From a virus (Duplodnaviria; Caudoviricetes), in IMG/VR virus record IMGVR_UViG_3300036045_000012, positions 1-56,277 of that record: a stretch of DNA of 56,277 nucleotides, one strand, 5' to 3'. How positions within the stretch are numbered: position 1 is the stretch's first letter; every line of letters begins with the position of its first letter. This document shows, in pieces, positions 45,316-54,756 of the stretch. The notes below the pieces were generated by a model that was not told the DNA's origin, made no database searches, and saw only the letters and a list, made by a program, of their open reading frames with translations. The translations under genes were made by a program, and so were the position numbers.

Positions 45316-45341
45316 GGGGCTGCGTCGCGAGGCGCAGCCCC
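45316..45341 (+). terminator. Hairpin after head genes
   Basis: GGGGCTGCGTC-GCGA-GGCGCAGCCCC; weak U-tract. Confidence 0.5.
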
Positions 45342-45363
45342 AACCTTACTTCAAGAGGACAAC

Positions 45364-45624
45364 ATGCGCGTCATCTTCACCGGCGATCCCGCAGAACTCG
45401 AACGCAACGAGGGCCTGTCTCGCCTTCATACCGAAATGTTCGGCGTGCGCTTCCCCATGAGCGCGGAAGTGGACATCTCGCATCTTCCCGAAGGCGCGCA
45501 GAAGAAGATTCTCGGCAACCCGCACTTCCGGGCTGCGGGCGTGGATGCGCTGGCTGCGACGACGCTGGTGGTTCCGGCGAGCGTGAAGAAGGCCAAGTCC
45601 GCCGCGACTGTGGCGGAGGATTGA
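45364..45624 (+). CDS. Small virion-associated hypothetical protein
   Basis: GAGGA RBS; FGVRFP..KILGNPHF. Confidence 0.7.
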   Translation: MRVIFTGDPAELERNEGLSRLHTEMFGVRFPMSAEVDISHLPEGAQKKILGNPHFRAAGVDALAATTLVVPASVKKAKSAATVAED

Positions 45625-45627
45625 TCC

Positions 45628-45996
45628 ATGGCGACGGTCAATCCCACGCTGACGACGTTGCCGGGCGACACGACCATCAACGCGGCTGAAGCGATTCTCT
45701 ATACGTGGACTCTGACAGCAGCGGACAACGTAGGCGCGGCCATCGAGGCGCACGAATTCGGCGACCGCACCATGCAGGTCACCGGCACCTTCGATAGCGC
45801 GACGATCGTCATGGAGGGCGCCAATGTCGCGACCTATACGACCCTGACAGATCCTCAAGGAAACGCACTTTCAAAGACGGCCGCCGCCATCGAGGCAATC
45901 CTTGAAGTGCCGCGTTACACGCGGCCAAGTTCGTCTGGCGGCGCGGGCTCGCAAAGCGTTGTCGTCACCATGCTTTGCCGGAGGACCCGTCGATGA
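45628..45996 (+). CDS. Beta-rich structural protein
   Basis: QVTGTFDSATIVMEG..TLTDPQG; GGAGG RBS. Confidence 0.7.
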   Translation: MATVNPTLTTLPGDTTINAAEAILYTWTLTAADNVGAAIEAHEFGDRTMQVTGTFDSATIVMEGANVATYTTLTDPQGNALSKTAAAIEAILEVPRYTRPSSSGGAGSQSVVVTMLCRRTRR

Positions 45997-46511
45997 GCGA
46001 GATGAGCCTGCAAGAACTGGCCGGGGCAATGAAGCCCCTGATGCCGGTCCTGAAGCGCCTTGCTTCTCTGGACGACGTGCTCGCGACGCTCGCTGGCGCC
46101 GACCAGAAGAAGTCCGAATGCCTTGCGGCTGCCGATGATGCCCTTGAAAGGGCGCGCCTGGCGGACGCCGAGGCGGCAGAAAAGCGCATCGCATTCGAGC
46201 GGGAAATGGCGGATGTCAACGTTCGGTTGGCAGAAGCCCAAGCCGAGGCGCAGAACGCCGAAAGTCGCGCGCAAGAGTTTCTCGCACAGGCGTCGACGCG
46301 CGCCAGCGTCATCATCGCGCAGGCGCAGAGAGATGCGAAGGCAATCGAAGAGGCGGCGAAGCAAGCCGCGGCGGCGAGCGGGAAGCAAGCTGAAGAGGCG
46401 GTCGCCGTGCGAAACGCGGTGCTGAAGGAAACGGAGGCGTGCCGCTCCGAGCTGGAGTCCGCCAGAGCCGCGCTCAATGAGTTCCGCGCAAAAATGGCGG
46501 CTGTGCAATGA
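45993..46511 (+). CDS. Coiled-coil protein
   Basis: Ala/Glu heptads; ATGA overlap. Confidence 0.7.
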   Translation: MSEMSLQELAGAMKPLMPVLKRLASLDDVLATLAGADQKKSECLAAADDALERARLADAEAAEKRIAFEREMADVNVRLAEAQAEAQNAESRAQEFLAQASTRASVIIAQAQRDAKAIEEAAKQAAAASGKQAEEAVAVRNAVLKETEACRSELESARAALNEFRAKMAAVQ

Positions 46512-46948
46512 GCAAGGGCAATACCTTCGAGAGCGATCTGCTCGCACTCATCTTCAACAACACAGACGCGGCGCTGGTCGGCGATGCTACAGGCCTGCGC
46601 GGCTCGTCAACCGCCGGCTCCCTCTATGTGTCGCTGCACACCGGCGATCCGGGGGAGGGCGGCAACCAGACCACCAGCGAGGCGGCTTATACCTCGTATG
46701 CGCGCGTCGCCGTCGCCCGATCTGGCGCGGGCTGGACAGTCAGCGGAAACGCGGTATCGAACGCCGCGCTTGTCCAGTTTCCGCAATGCACGGGCGGATC
46801 CGAGACGCTGACACACTTTGCCGTTGGAACCGCATCCAGCGGCGCAGGCAAGGTGCTCTACAAGGGCGCTCTCAGCGCGTCTCTGGCCGTCTCGTCAGGC
46901 ATTCAACCGCAATTCGGCGCAGGCGATCTCGACATCACCGAGGACTAA
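46508..46948 (+). CDS. Virion structural/fibre-associated protein
   Basis: MSKGNTFE.DLL.LIFN..LYVSLHTGDPGE..YTSYARVAV. Confidence 0.75.
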   Translation: MSKGNTFESDLLALIFNNTDAALVGDATGLRGSSTAGSLYVSLHTGDPGEGGNQTTSEAAYTSYARVAVARSGAGWTVSGNAVSNAALVQFPQCTGGSETLTHFAVGTASSGAGKVLYKGALSASLAVSSGIQPQFGAGDLDITED

Positions 46949-46960
46949 GGGTGGGCGCGC

Positions 46961-47080
46961 ATGATGTATCGGTGCCGCCACTGCCTGCGAGACCTTGCGC
47001 CCGATCCGGTAACGCGCGAGACCACGCCTTGTACTGATCATCCGGAAGGCGATGCCAATCCCGTCGAGGATGAGGCATGA
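46961..47080 (+). CDS. 39-aa Cys/His peptide
   Basis: YRCRHC..C.DHP; ATGA overlap. Confidence 0.45.
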   Translation: MMYRCRHCLRDLAPDPVTRETTPCTDHPEGDANPVEDEA

Positions 47081-47943
47081 GCTTTCGGCGCATTGTGGAT
47101 TTCGCCACGGCGGCCGGCGACGACGGGCGCAACTGGACATCGTTCATCCACAAGACAAGTTCGCCCGTTCTGGGCTTTGCCGCAAACTGGGCGGACGGCT
47201 CGGTCGGGGCCGGCATTCCGCGCTATAACGCTTACGTCGGCGTGCAAGGCGAGTTCACGCCCATGTCTGGTTCGGGGAACTTCGGCCTCTACACCGGGCC
47301 GGAGCCCGCGATCGGACAGGACAAGCTCATCGTCGATGCGTCGCTGCAATGTTCGACCGCGACCATGGCGCCGAGCTATTACATGCTCTGCGATTATCTC
47401 GGCCATTATCCGTTGATCGACATGGACTCAACGGACCTGCAGGCCCTTGACAACACTGCAAGCCTTCCCCGTTACACGAGCGGAGCAGGGGTGCAGATGA
47501 TGGCGGTCTGCACAGTTCCACAGACCGCGAGTGCGACGGCCACGGTTGTCTATACGAACTCGGATGGAACTGCGAGCCGCACGGCGACCTTCCACGTTAA
47601 CGCTGCGAACATCGGGACCATCAACTGCGCCGCCAACGCGACGGCCGGCGCGGCGCAACGCACGCCGTTCGTGCCGCTTGCCGACAATGATGGCGGGGTC
47701 CGGTCAGTGCAGTCGGTCACGCTCAACGCTTCGGCGGGCGGGTTCATCTCGCTCGTGCTAGTCAAGCCGCTGATGCAGCAGATCATGCGCGAGGTCTCCA
47801 TTGTGACAGAGAAGACGCCTTACATCCACGACGCCAGAGCGCCGAGGGTGCTCCCCGGCGCGTGCCTCAATCACATCTTCACGTCCGGAGGATCGGCGGT
47901 GTCGTCGGTGGTTCGCGGGCACGTAACCTTTGCATGGGGCTGA
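47077..47943 (+). CDS. Virion structural protein (paralog A)
   Basis: LCDYLGHYP..LPRYTSGAGV..YTNSDG..PFVPLA..GVRSVQSV..LVLVKPL. Confidence 0.75.
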   Translation: MSFRRIVDFATAAGDDGRNWTSFIHKTSSPVLGFAANWADGSVGAGIPRYNAYVGVQGEFTPMSGSGNFGLYTGPEPAIGQDKLIVDASLQCSTATMAPSYYMLCDYLGHYPLIDMDSTDLQALDNTASLPRYTSGAGVQMMAVCTVPQTASATATVVYTNSDGTASRTATFHVNAANIGTINCAANATAGAAQRTPFVPLADNDGGVRSVQSVTLNASAGGFISLVLVKPLMQQIMREVSIVTEKTPYIHDARAPRVLPGACLNHIFTSGGSAVSSVVRGHVTFAWG

Positions 47944-47946
47944 ACA

Positions 47947-48840
47947 ATGGGCTGGTCTTCGCACGACGACTTCATCACGGAAGTCACCACCAACGGCAAG
48001 TTCTGGCGCAACGACTGGAACAAGATCACGGGCGGCGCCGCATACACCGCGGGCCGCTGGTACGACATGAGCGCTCTTGGCGGGCATCCGGTCGCGAACG
48101 CATGGCCGGGCACGGCTTTGACCTATGTCGCGTGCAGTGAAAGCGCCGGCAACGGGACGCAGATTTTCGGGTTGCGTCACGGCGGAAACGTCTCGACGGA
48201 CACCAAGCACGTTCTCAACGTCGCGGCGGTCACGGGCGTGGCGACGGGGGTTCCGTCCGTACTCATGCTCGTCGATATGTGCGGTTACTGGAACGGCGTC
48301 TCTCTGAACTCGGCCGTGGCGCAGAACCTTTCCGGCACGCCATCGCTGCGCTACACCAACGGCGTTGGTGTGCGCGCCTATATGGTCCCGTACTCCGGCA
48401 CGGTCGGCGCCACGGCGCACAACATCAACATCAGCTATACCGACCAGGACGGCAACACCGGCAACACGCTTCCCGTTACGGTAGCCTGTACGGCGTCGGC
48501 CATCACGCCGCACATCACGCATTCAGGCACGGCGGCGAACAACTACGGGCCTTTCCTCCCGCTGGCGAATGGCGACTATGGCATCCGCAACGTGGCCTCC
48601 GTCACCATGTCGGCGTCATCGGCGGGCACGTCTCCGCTCGCGGCGCTCGTGCTGGCGCGTCCGATCCTCACGCTCCCTCTGACGACGGTTTCTGTGGGCG
48701 CGGAGCGGGACATGATGAACCAACTTCCGAGCTTGCCGAAGATCCCGGATGACGCCTGCCTGACGTGGCTCCTGTTCTCCGGCGCGGCGGTCGCGGCCTC
48801 ATCCAACTTCTATGGCAGCGTAGAGTTCGGCTGGGGCTGA
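47947..48840 (+). CDS. Virion structural protein (paralog B)
   Basis: LVDMCGYW..LRYTNGVGV..YTDQDG..PFLPLA..GIRNVASV..LVLARPI. Confidence 0.75.
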   Translation: MGWSSHDDFITEVTTNGKFWRNDWNKITGGAAYTAGRWYDMSALGGHPVANAWPGTALTYVACSESAGNGTQIFGLRHGGNVSTDTKHVLNVAAVTGVATGVPSVLMLVDMCGYWNGVSLNSAVAQNLSGTPSLRYTNGVGVRAYMVPYSGTVGATAHNINISYTDQDGNTGNTLPVTVACTASAITPHITHSGTAANNYGPFLPLANGDYGIRNVASVTMSASSAGTSPLAALVLARPILTLPLTTVSVGAERDMMNQLPSLPKIPDDACLTWLLFSGAAVAASSNFYGSVEFGWG

Positions 48841-49607
48841 TGGCGCTCCTGCAGAACCAGACCATCAACGCGCAGTACCCACGCCGCCTCATGGGCGGCG
48901 TGAACGGGCGCGAGCGCGCGATGTTCGGGCGGGCCGAACGGCGCAACGTGTTCTTTGCGGAGGGATGGTCGCAGAAGTCGGGCGTTCCGAGCGGGCATCT
49001 CGCGCCGTCGAGCTGGACCCTCCCGCAAAAGCCGGGAGGCATGTCGAGCCACAACAGCGCCGCCGGTGTTGCGACTGCAACCGGCTCAATCGCTGCGGGC
49101 CGCAATATCGCGGGTGCGGCTTCGGGCGCCGCGACGGCATCGGCTACGGGGCAGCTTGTCGTCTCCGGCGTCGGCTCTGCCGCGGGCGTAGCCACGGTTT
49201 CGGGCAATGTCACGGCGGCTCTGGGTGCGATCGGAGCGGCGGCGGGAAGCGCGACGGCGACGGGAGCGCTTACAGCCAAGGGCAACATCGCCGGAGCATC
49301 CGCAGGTGTCGCTACCGCTTCGGCAATCCGCTACGCAACCGGCGCTCTCTCCGGGTCGATCGCGCCTGCTATCACTCTGGAGGCGTCCGCCTTCTCTGCC
49401 TACTTGCTCGATGAGGAAGACGTGGAGACCGGCATGACGCTCCGCCAGGCGCTCCGCCTCATTGCGGCGGCCACGGCGGGCAAGGTGTCGGGGGCAGGGA
49501 CTTCCACCATCACGATCCGTAATGCGGTGGCGGACGGCGCAAATCGCATAGTTGCGACCGTTGACAGCAACGGCAACCGAACCGCCATCAGCTACACGCT
49601 CGACTGA
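48840..49607 (+). CDS. Gly/Ala/Thr-rich fibre-like protein
   Basis: AGxA repeats; TLRQALRLIAAATAGKVSG..RIVATVDSNGNRTAI. Confidence 0.7.
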   Translation: MALLQNQTINAQYPRRLMGGVNGRERAMFGRAERRNVFFAEGWSQKSGVPSGHLAPSSWTLPQKPGGMSSHNSAAGVATATGSIAAGRNIAGAASGAATASATGQLVVSGVGSAAGVATVSGNVTAALGAIGAAAGSATATGALTAKGNIAGASAGVATASAIRYATGALSGSIAPAITLEASAFSAYLLDEEDVETGMTLRQALRLIAAATAGKVSGAGTSTITIRNAVADGANRIVATVDSNGNRTAISYTLD

Positions 49608-49735
49608 TGTTCCCTGGATCATACTTCGCGCCGACCTATTGGGCGGCCGGTTTCTGGAGCGGGACCGGCGAGGCGGAGATCGTCGCCGCCATCGCGGTCT
49701 ATTTCCACTACCGCAACCGTCGCTCCAGGCGCTAA
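49607..49735 (+). CDS. 42-aa peptide
   Basis: MFPGSYFAPTYW..RR; TGATG coupling. Confidence 0.5.
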   Translation: MFPGSYFAPTYWAAGFWSGTGEAEIVAAIAVYFHYRNRRSRR

Positions 49736-49764
49736 TCCGCGTCGGCATAAGGCACGGGGATAAT
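49734..49764 (+). promoter_or_regulatory. Late promoter motif upstream of tail genes
   Basis: AATCCGC-N18-GATAAT, ATG 6 nt later. Confidence 0.7.
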
Positions 49765-49770
49765 CCTCTT

Positions 49771-50109
49771 ATGGCCCTGACAAATGCAGAACTCCGCGAG
49801 CGGATCGCCGACCATCTCCGCATCTCGGCGGTGGACCGTGCGCTTTCAGCGGAACGCGCCCAGAAGATCGACAATGCGATCGAAGACTGCTTCGCCACGC
49901 TGCGGGAAAAGAAGCTCCTGTGGTGGGCCGACAACGCGATCCCGCAGTCGTGCGTCAACGCCTTGAAGATGTATGTCGCCGCACATGCCTGCGCTTCCGT
50001 CGGCAAGGCGGGGCAGGGCTATGAGGGGGGTGAGGACTTCGCCCTGAAAGAACTGTCCGCGCTGAAGACGACCGGCACGACCGAGACCGTTCGGGCGGAC
50101 TATTTCTGA
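49771..50109 (+). CDS. Head-tail adaptor (P22 gp4-like)
   Basis: Small helical protein ending ADYF directly before gp10-like gene. Confidence 0.7.
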   Translation: MALTNAELRERIADHLRISAVDRALSAERAQKIDNAIEDCFATLREKKLLWWADNAIPQSCVNALKMYVAAHACASVGKAGQGYEGGEDFALKELSALKTTGTTETVRADYF

Positions 50110-51497
50110 TGCCGCGCGTTCCGTTGCCGATGCCGTCTCGCGCCGGCGAGATGAAGTCAAAGTTCGTCTCGGCGCAGACGCTCATCAACTGCTTCGTGGA
50201 GATGCATCCGCAGACCGGCCCGGCGATCTATGGCTGGCCCGGCCTAACCCTCTTTGCGACCTGCGGCGACGGCCCTATCCGGGGCATGATCGACTTTTCC
50301 GGCGCCCTTGTCGTGGTCTCCGGTTCGACGCTCTACTCGGTTTCGAGAACGGGCGCTGTCTCTCCTGTCGGAACGATCTCCGGCACGACCGCCGTGATCA
50401 TGGCCCACAACGGCTTTCAGGTCGTCATTGTCGCGGAGGACGTGGACACCTCCTATGTCTATGACGGTGTCACGGTTGCAGAGATCACCGACGCTGATTT
50501 TCTAGGGGGATCGAGCGTCGACTTCATCGACCAGTATTTCGTCTTCACCCGCAAGGACAGCCAGCAATTCTTCGTCTCCGCGCTTGCGGACGGGGCGTCC
50601 TACGATGCGACCGACGTGGCCTCCGCAGAGGCCAAGCCTGATAATCTCCTGCGCGTGATCGTCGACAATCGCGAAGTCATGCTCTTCGGGACCAAGAGCG
50701 TTGAGGGCTGGTACAATGCGGGCGACGCGGACTTTCCGCTCGCGCGCTCCACGACCTTTGTGGAATACGGCCTCGCGGGCCGCAACGCCGTAGCTAAAGC
50801 CGACAACACGGTGTTCTGGCTGGCGCCGGACAATACGGTGCGCGCGCTGCGCGGGGGGACGCCGCAAATCATCTCCGACCATGCCGTCTCCAACCTCATC
50901 GAGGCGTGGTCCGATCCATCCGCCACGTCGGCGTTTGTGGTGAGCTTCCGCGGTCACACCTTTTTCGTGCTGCGCAATCCGGATGGATGCGTGGCGATAG
51001 ACGCCGCAACCGGCCTTCCCTTCGAACTCGTCTCCTATGAGATGGACACATGGCGGGTCGGCTGCGCCGAGTTCGTCTGGAACGGCACGGTCCTCGGAGA
51101 CGCCGAGAACGGCGCTATCTACAGGCTTGACCCTGACGCCTTCGACGAGAACGGGGAGCCCCATGTTCGGGAATGGGTCTCGTCCACGATGAATCCGTCT
51201 GGAAGCCCTTTCACGCTGGACGAGGTGGAGATCGATATCGAGGTCGGCGTCGGTCTTGTCAGCGGGCAGGGGAGCAACCCCGTCGTCTGGATGAAGGCGT
51301 CGCGCGATAGCGGCGAGAGCTGGGGCGCGCGCATGGAGCGCGAGATCGGCGCGCGTGGCGATCGCGAACTTCGTGTGGTGTGGGAGGACTTCGGGCAGTT
51401 CCCCACGCATGGCGGCGCGATCAGCATGGGGATTTCAGATCCCGTGCGCTTCGTGGTGACGCGAGGATGGGCGACGTTCACGGAGGACAGGCCGTGA
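50109..51497 (+). CDS. Packaged DNA stabilization / tail hub protein (P22 gp10-like)
   Basis: PGLTLF..GPIRGM..VVSGSTLY..FIDQYFVF..SAEAKPD..LFGTKSVE..SRDSGESWG. Confidence 0.9.
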   Translation: MPRVPLPMPSRAGEMKSKFVSAQTLINCFVEMHPQTGPAIYGWPGLTLFATCGDGPIRGMIDFSGALVVVSGSTLYSVSRTGAVSPVGTISGTTAVIMAHNGFQVVIVAEDVDTSYVYDGVTVAEITDADFLGGSSVDFIDQYFVFTRKDSQQFFVSALADGASYDATDVASAEAKPDNLLRVIVDNREVMLFGTKSVEGWYNAGDADFPLARSTTFVEYGLAGRNAVAKADNTVFWLAPDNTVRALRGGTPQIISDHAVSNLIEAWSDPSATSAFVVSFRGHTFFVLRNPDGCVAIDAATGLPFELVSYEMDTWRVGCAEFVWNGTVLGDAENGAIYRLDPDAFDENGEPHVREWVSSTMNPSGSPFTLDEVEIDIEVGVGLVSGQGSNPVVWMKASRDSGESWGARMEREIGARGDRELRVVWEDFGQFPTHGGAISMGISDPVRFVVTRGWATFTEDRP

Positions 51498-52024
51498 GCG
51501 TCGTTGTCGATGGTGCGCCGTTGCGCCTGCCGGAACTGCGGAATCTCGACGAACAGTCCCGCCGGGAAATACAAACCTGGATGAAGGCGATCACCCAGCG
51601 CGTTACGCAGTTGCGGGAGCGGACGGGCGGGGCGGGCGATGCGGTCGCGGCTGCACAATCGGCGGCGCAATCGGCGGCGGCTGACACGACCGCCATTGCG
51701 TCCGGCGCCGACACGGCGACGCTCGATCCGGCCAACCCGCTCTCCTATAGCCCCGCCGGGGCGGACGCCGCCACCATCAACGTCCTTGACCACACCCGCT
51801 CCGGCGCAGGGGCCCCGCTTGTCGGCGCCGAAGTCTTCGACACGGTGGCCCGCGATGCGACGCACTATGTCTATTACGACGACGCCGGGAACGCCGGCGG
51901 CGTGCAGGCCTATCTCACCACGACCGACAACACGGTCCTGAGCGCCGCGGGCCGTCGCTACATCGGCTCGATCTACATCCCGCCGTCCTCTTACGGCGAT
52001 CGGGTATTTAGTTCGGGGATTTAG
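51494..52024 (+). CDS. Tail needle/accessory protein
   Basis: GTGA overlap; short coiled coil + beta domain (YVYYDD). Confidence 0.6.
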   Translation: MSVVVDGAPLRLPELRNLDEQSRREIQTWMKAITQRVTQLRERTGGAGDAVAAAQSAAQSAAADTTAIASGADTATLDPANPLSYSPAGADAATINVLDHTRSGAGAPLVGAEVFDTVARDATHYVYYDDAGNAGGVQAYLTTTDNTVLSAAGRRYIGSIYIPPSSYGDRVFSSGI

Positions 52025-52045
52025 GCTAGCGAAGGAGAGACGGGC

Positions 52046-52603
52046 GTGCGCAATTTCGATAGGATCATGGATGGGGTGAATGTGGGGCCTTTGGCCCACG
52101 CGGTTTCTCGGAGTTTCCATCTCTGGAACGAGAACAAGTTCCGGACGACGTTCCCGAACACGCCACATGTCGATGTGGACGACATCTGGCTTCGTTTTTC
52201 CGATCCTGAGAAATGCACGACCACGACCAAGGTCATCGGCGACGTCAAGCCGGTCTGGTTTCCGGCGGCGCAGGAGCTTTACGAAGCCAAGCCTTTGATC
52301 ACGGGACTCATGGCCCAGGTCGGCGCTTACGAACTCGGCCGCGTACTGATCACGCGTATCAGGCCTGGCGGAGTGATTCTTCCGCACGCCGACAACGACG
52401 GCGAATACGTTCTGACTCCTGATATCGCCCGCTATCATATCGTTCTGCAGGGACTTCCTGGGTCCCTTTTTCACTGCGGCGGCGAAACGGCGTGCATGAG
52501 AACCGGCGAGGTCTGGTGGTTCAATGCGCACGAAATGCACAGCGTCGAGAACCACTCCGCCGACGATCGCATTCATCTTCTTGTGGACGTGCGCACATGG
52601 TGA
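52046..52603 (+). CDS. Asp/Asn beta-hydroxylase-like 2OG-Fe(II) oxygenase
   Basis: ITRIRPGGVILPHAD, RYHIVL, GEVWWFN..H.VEN..DRIHLLVD. Confidence 0.88.
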   Translation: MRNFDRIMDGVNVGPLAHAVSRSFHLWNENKFRTTFPNTPHVDVDDIWLRFSDPEKCTTTTKVIGDVKPVWFPAAQELYEAKPLITGLMAQVGAYELGRVLITRIRPGGVILPHADNDGEYVLTPDIARYHIVLQGLPGSLFHCGGETACMRTGEVWWFNAHEMHSVENHSADDRIHLLVDVRTW

Positions 52604-53055
52604 TGAGCGCACAGGTGGAAAACCTCACCGAAAATCTTGAAGCTCTGAAGAAGTTCTTCCCGGAACACTGGGCCGAACTGGCTCTGAACAAGGACAAGGT
52701 TCCCCTCGACCCTCAATACGACATCTATCTCCAGCGCGACGCTGCGGGACAGGTTATGTACGTAGCCCTGAGGGAGGCTGGGGCGCTCATCGGCTACTTC
52801 GTCGGCTTCGTCGCCCCGGGGCTTCACTATCGGACCTGCCTCACCTTGACGATGGATATCTTCTGGGTTTGCCCCGAACGCCGCAAGGGGCGAGCGGGGA
52901 TTATACTCTTCAAGGAGGTGGAGCGCGAAGCAAAACGGCGCGGGGTCCACCGCATGTTCATGGGCTCCAAGCTCCACAAGGATTCAGGCGCCCTTTTCGA
53001 ATACCTGAAGTACGAGCCGGTCGAGACGTACTTCACGAAATGGATCGGAGACTGA
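52603..53055 (+). CDS. GNAT acetyltransferase
   Basis: DIFWVCPERRKGRAGIILFKEVEREAKRRG..LFEYLKY. Confidence 0.88.
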   Translation: MSAQVENLTENLEALKKFFPEHWAELALNKDKVPLDPQYDIYLQRDAAGQVMYVALREAGALIGYFVGFVAPGLHYRTCLTLTMDIFWVCPERRKGRAGIILFKEVEREAKRRGVHRMFMGSKLHKDSGALFEYLKYEPVETYFTKWIGD

Positions 53056-53059
53056 GTGC

Positions 53060-54028
53060 ATGGTGGCGGCGGCGATCATCGGGAGTACGGTCGCTTCTGT
53101 CGGCGCCAGCGCTATCAGCGCTGGCGTGCAGTCGAGCGCGGCGCGAAGAGCGGCGGGCGCACAAGCGGCCTCCGCCGACGCCGCGACCAATCTTCAGCGC
53201 GAGATTTACAACGATCAGAGATCGCTGTCGGCGCCGAGCGCGAGACTGGGGTCCGCCGCCGCCGCCGCACAGGCCGTCATGGCAGGACTTCCTGTCGGCC
53301 TGGCGCGTGAAATGTATGGCGACGTCCGCAAGGCGCTCGGCGCCACTGCGGGTGCGGCAGGGGCCTTCGGTCTCGGCGCTCCGGAGGGAAAGATGCCGGA
53401 CTGGTCCGGCTATTGGTCTTCGATAGAACCGACAACGAGAAACAATCCGACGTCCCCTTGGCACGGAATCGCAGCCGGAACTGACGGTTCGCCAGAAGCA
53501 CTAGGGCAGGCTTACTACCAGTGGACCGGCGGCGGCTATGCTGCGCCGAACTTCATCGACGATCCCAACTACGTTGCGCCGACAAACACCGCAACGGACG
53601 ATGACGATTTTCTTGGTGGGTTCACATCCGAGGGCTGGGCTTCTTCCGATCCTGGTTACCAGTTCCGTCTCAATGAGGGGACGAAAGCCCTTGAGCGCAG
53701 CGCTGCGGCGCGCGGCATGCTTTTTTCCGGCGCAACCGGGAAGGGTCTCACCAGATACGCTCAGGATTACGCATCGAACGAGTACGACAAGAGCTTCAAC
53801 AGGCTTGGCGTCCTGTCTGGTTCCGGGCAGGTCGCCACACGCGACATCAATTCTGCATCGGGCGCGTTTGGCGCGAACGCGGCCAACAACATCATGGCCT
53901 CCGGCCGGGATCGTGCGAGCGCTTATGAAACGTCGGGGAAAGCGTGGGGGAAGGTTGCTGAAGACGCCGGCGACGCCGTGGGCTGGGGCGTGGGCGCCTA
54001 TGGCGGTTACAAGGGCTGGTGGGGCTGA
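53060..54028 (+). CDS. DNA-ejection / DNA transfer protein (P22 gp7-like)
   Basis: Hydrophobic Ala-rich N-terminus; DPGYQFRLNEG..ERSAAARGML.SG. Confidence 0.85.
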   Translation: MVAAAIIGSTVASVGASAISAGVQSSAARRAAGAQAASADAATNLQREIYNDQRSLSAPSARLGSAAAAAQAVMAGLPVGLAREMYGDVRKALGATAGAAGAFGLGAPEGKMPDWSGYWSSIEPTTRNNPTSPWHGIAAGTDGSPEALGQAYYQWTGGGYAAPNFIDDPNYVAPTNTATDDDDFLGGFTSEGWASSDPGYQFRLNEGTKALERSAAARGMLFSGATGKGLTRYAQDYASNEYDKSFNRLGVLSGSGQVATRDINSASGAFGANAANNIMASGRDRASAYETSGKAWGKVAEDAGDAVGWGVGAYGGYKGWWG

Positions 54029-54756
54029 TGTCATTTGAATCGTTCATTCGCGCCTCCGAGGCCGGGCGGCGCATGGGGCGGGATTGGCGTTCGGCGCGAA
54101 TTAATCGCGAAGCCGGTCAAGCGTTTGCAGACGCCGGCGGCGGGGAGAGCGGATGGGGCGCTGTCGGCGCTCTGGCCGCCAAGGAGGGCGATCTGGACCT
54201 TGCGCGCAGCGCAGAGGATCGTGTCTATCAGACGCAGGAGCGCGGGGCGCAGACCGAACAGCGCGAGCGGGCGGCCTGGGAGCGTCGGCAGATCGTTTTC
54301 AACAACGTTCTCACGAGCCTGCGAAGCATTCCGTACGAACAGCGCAAGGCGCGCATTGCGCACATTGCGCCACGCCTTCAGCGAGAGGGCTTCACGCCTG
54401 AAATGATCGCGGCCTACGACCCGACAGATGAGAAAATCGCCGCCGACCTCGCCGCCTCTGGGCAATTTTCTCAGTATGCCGAGATGAAGCAGGACGTGGC
54501 GGGGCGCTGGATCGGCGTCACGCGGGATGGACGGATCGTGCCGATCGAGGGCGCGCCGCCGCCGCCGCAAGTCCGAACGCTTGCGCCGGATGAGGTAAGA
54601 GACGCCGGCTTTCGTCCCGGCTCAGTCGTGCAGCAGGGCTTCGACGGGGCTTACGATGTCGTACAGGCTCCGCCGGTGTTCAATCCCTATAGCGCTGGCG
54701 CGCGCGAGGTGAACGCTCCGCCGCTTCCGCCGGGATATCTCCGGGATCCAGAGTGA
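54028..54756 (+). CDS. Internal virion / ejection protein
   Basis: TGATG coupling; position in ejection cluster. Confidence 0.65.
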   Translation: MSFESFIRASEAGRRMGRDWRSARINREAGQAFADAGGGESGWGAVGALAAKEGDLDLARSAEDRVYQTQERGAQTEQRERAAWERRQIVFNNVLTSLRSIPYEQRKARIAHIAPRLQREGFTPEMIAAYDPTDEKIAADLAASGQFSQYAEMKQDVAGRWIGVTRDGRIVPIEGAPPPPQVRTLAPDEVRDAGFRPGSVVQQGFDGAYDVVQAPPVFNPYSAGAREVNAPPLPPGYLRDPE

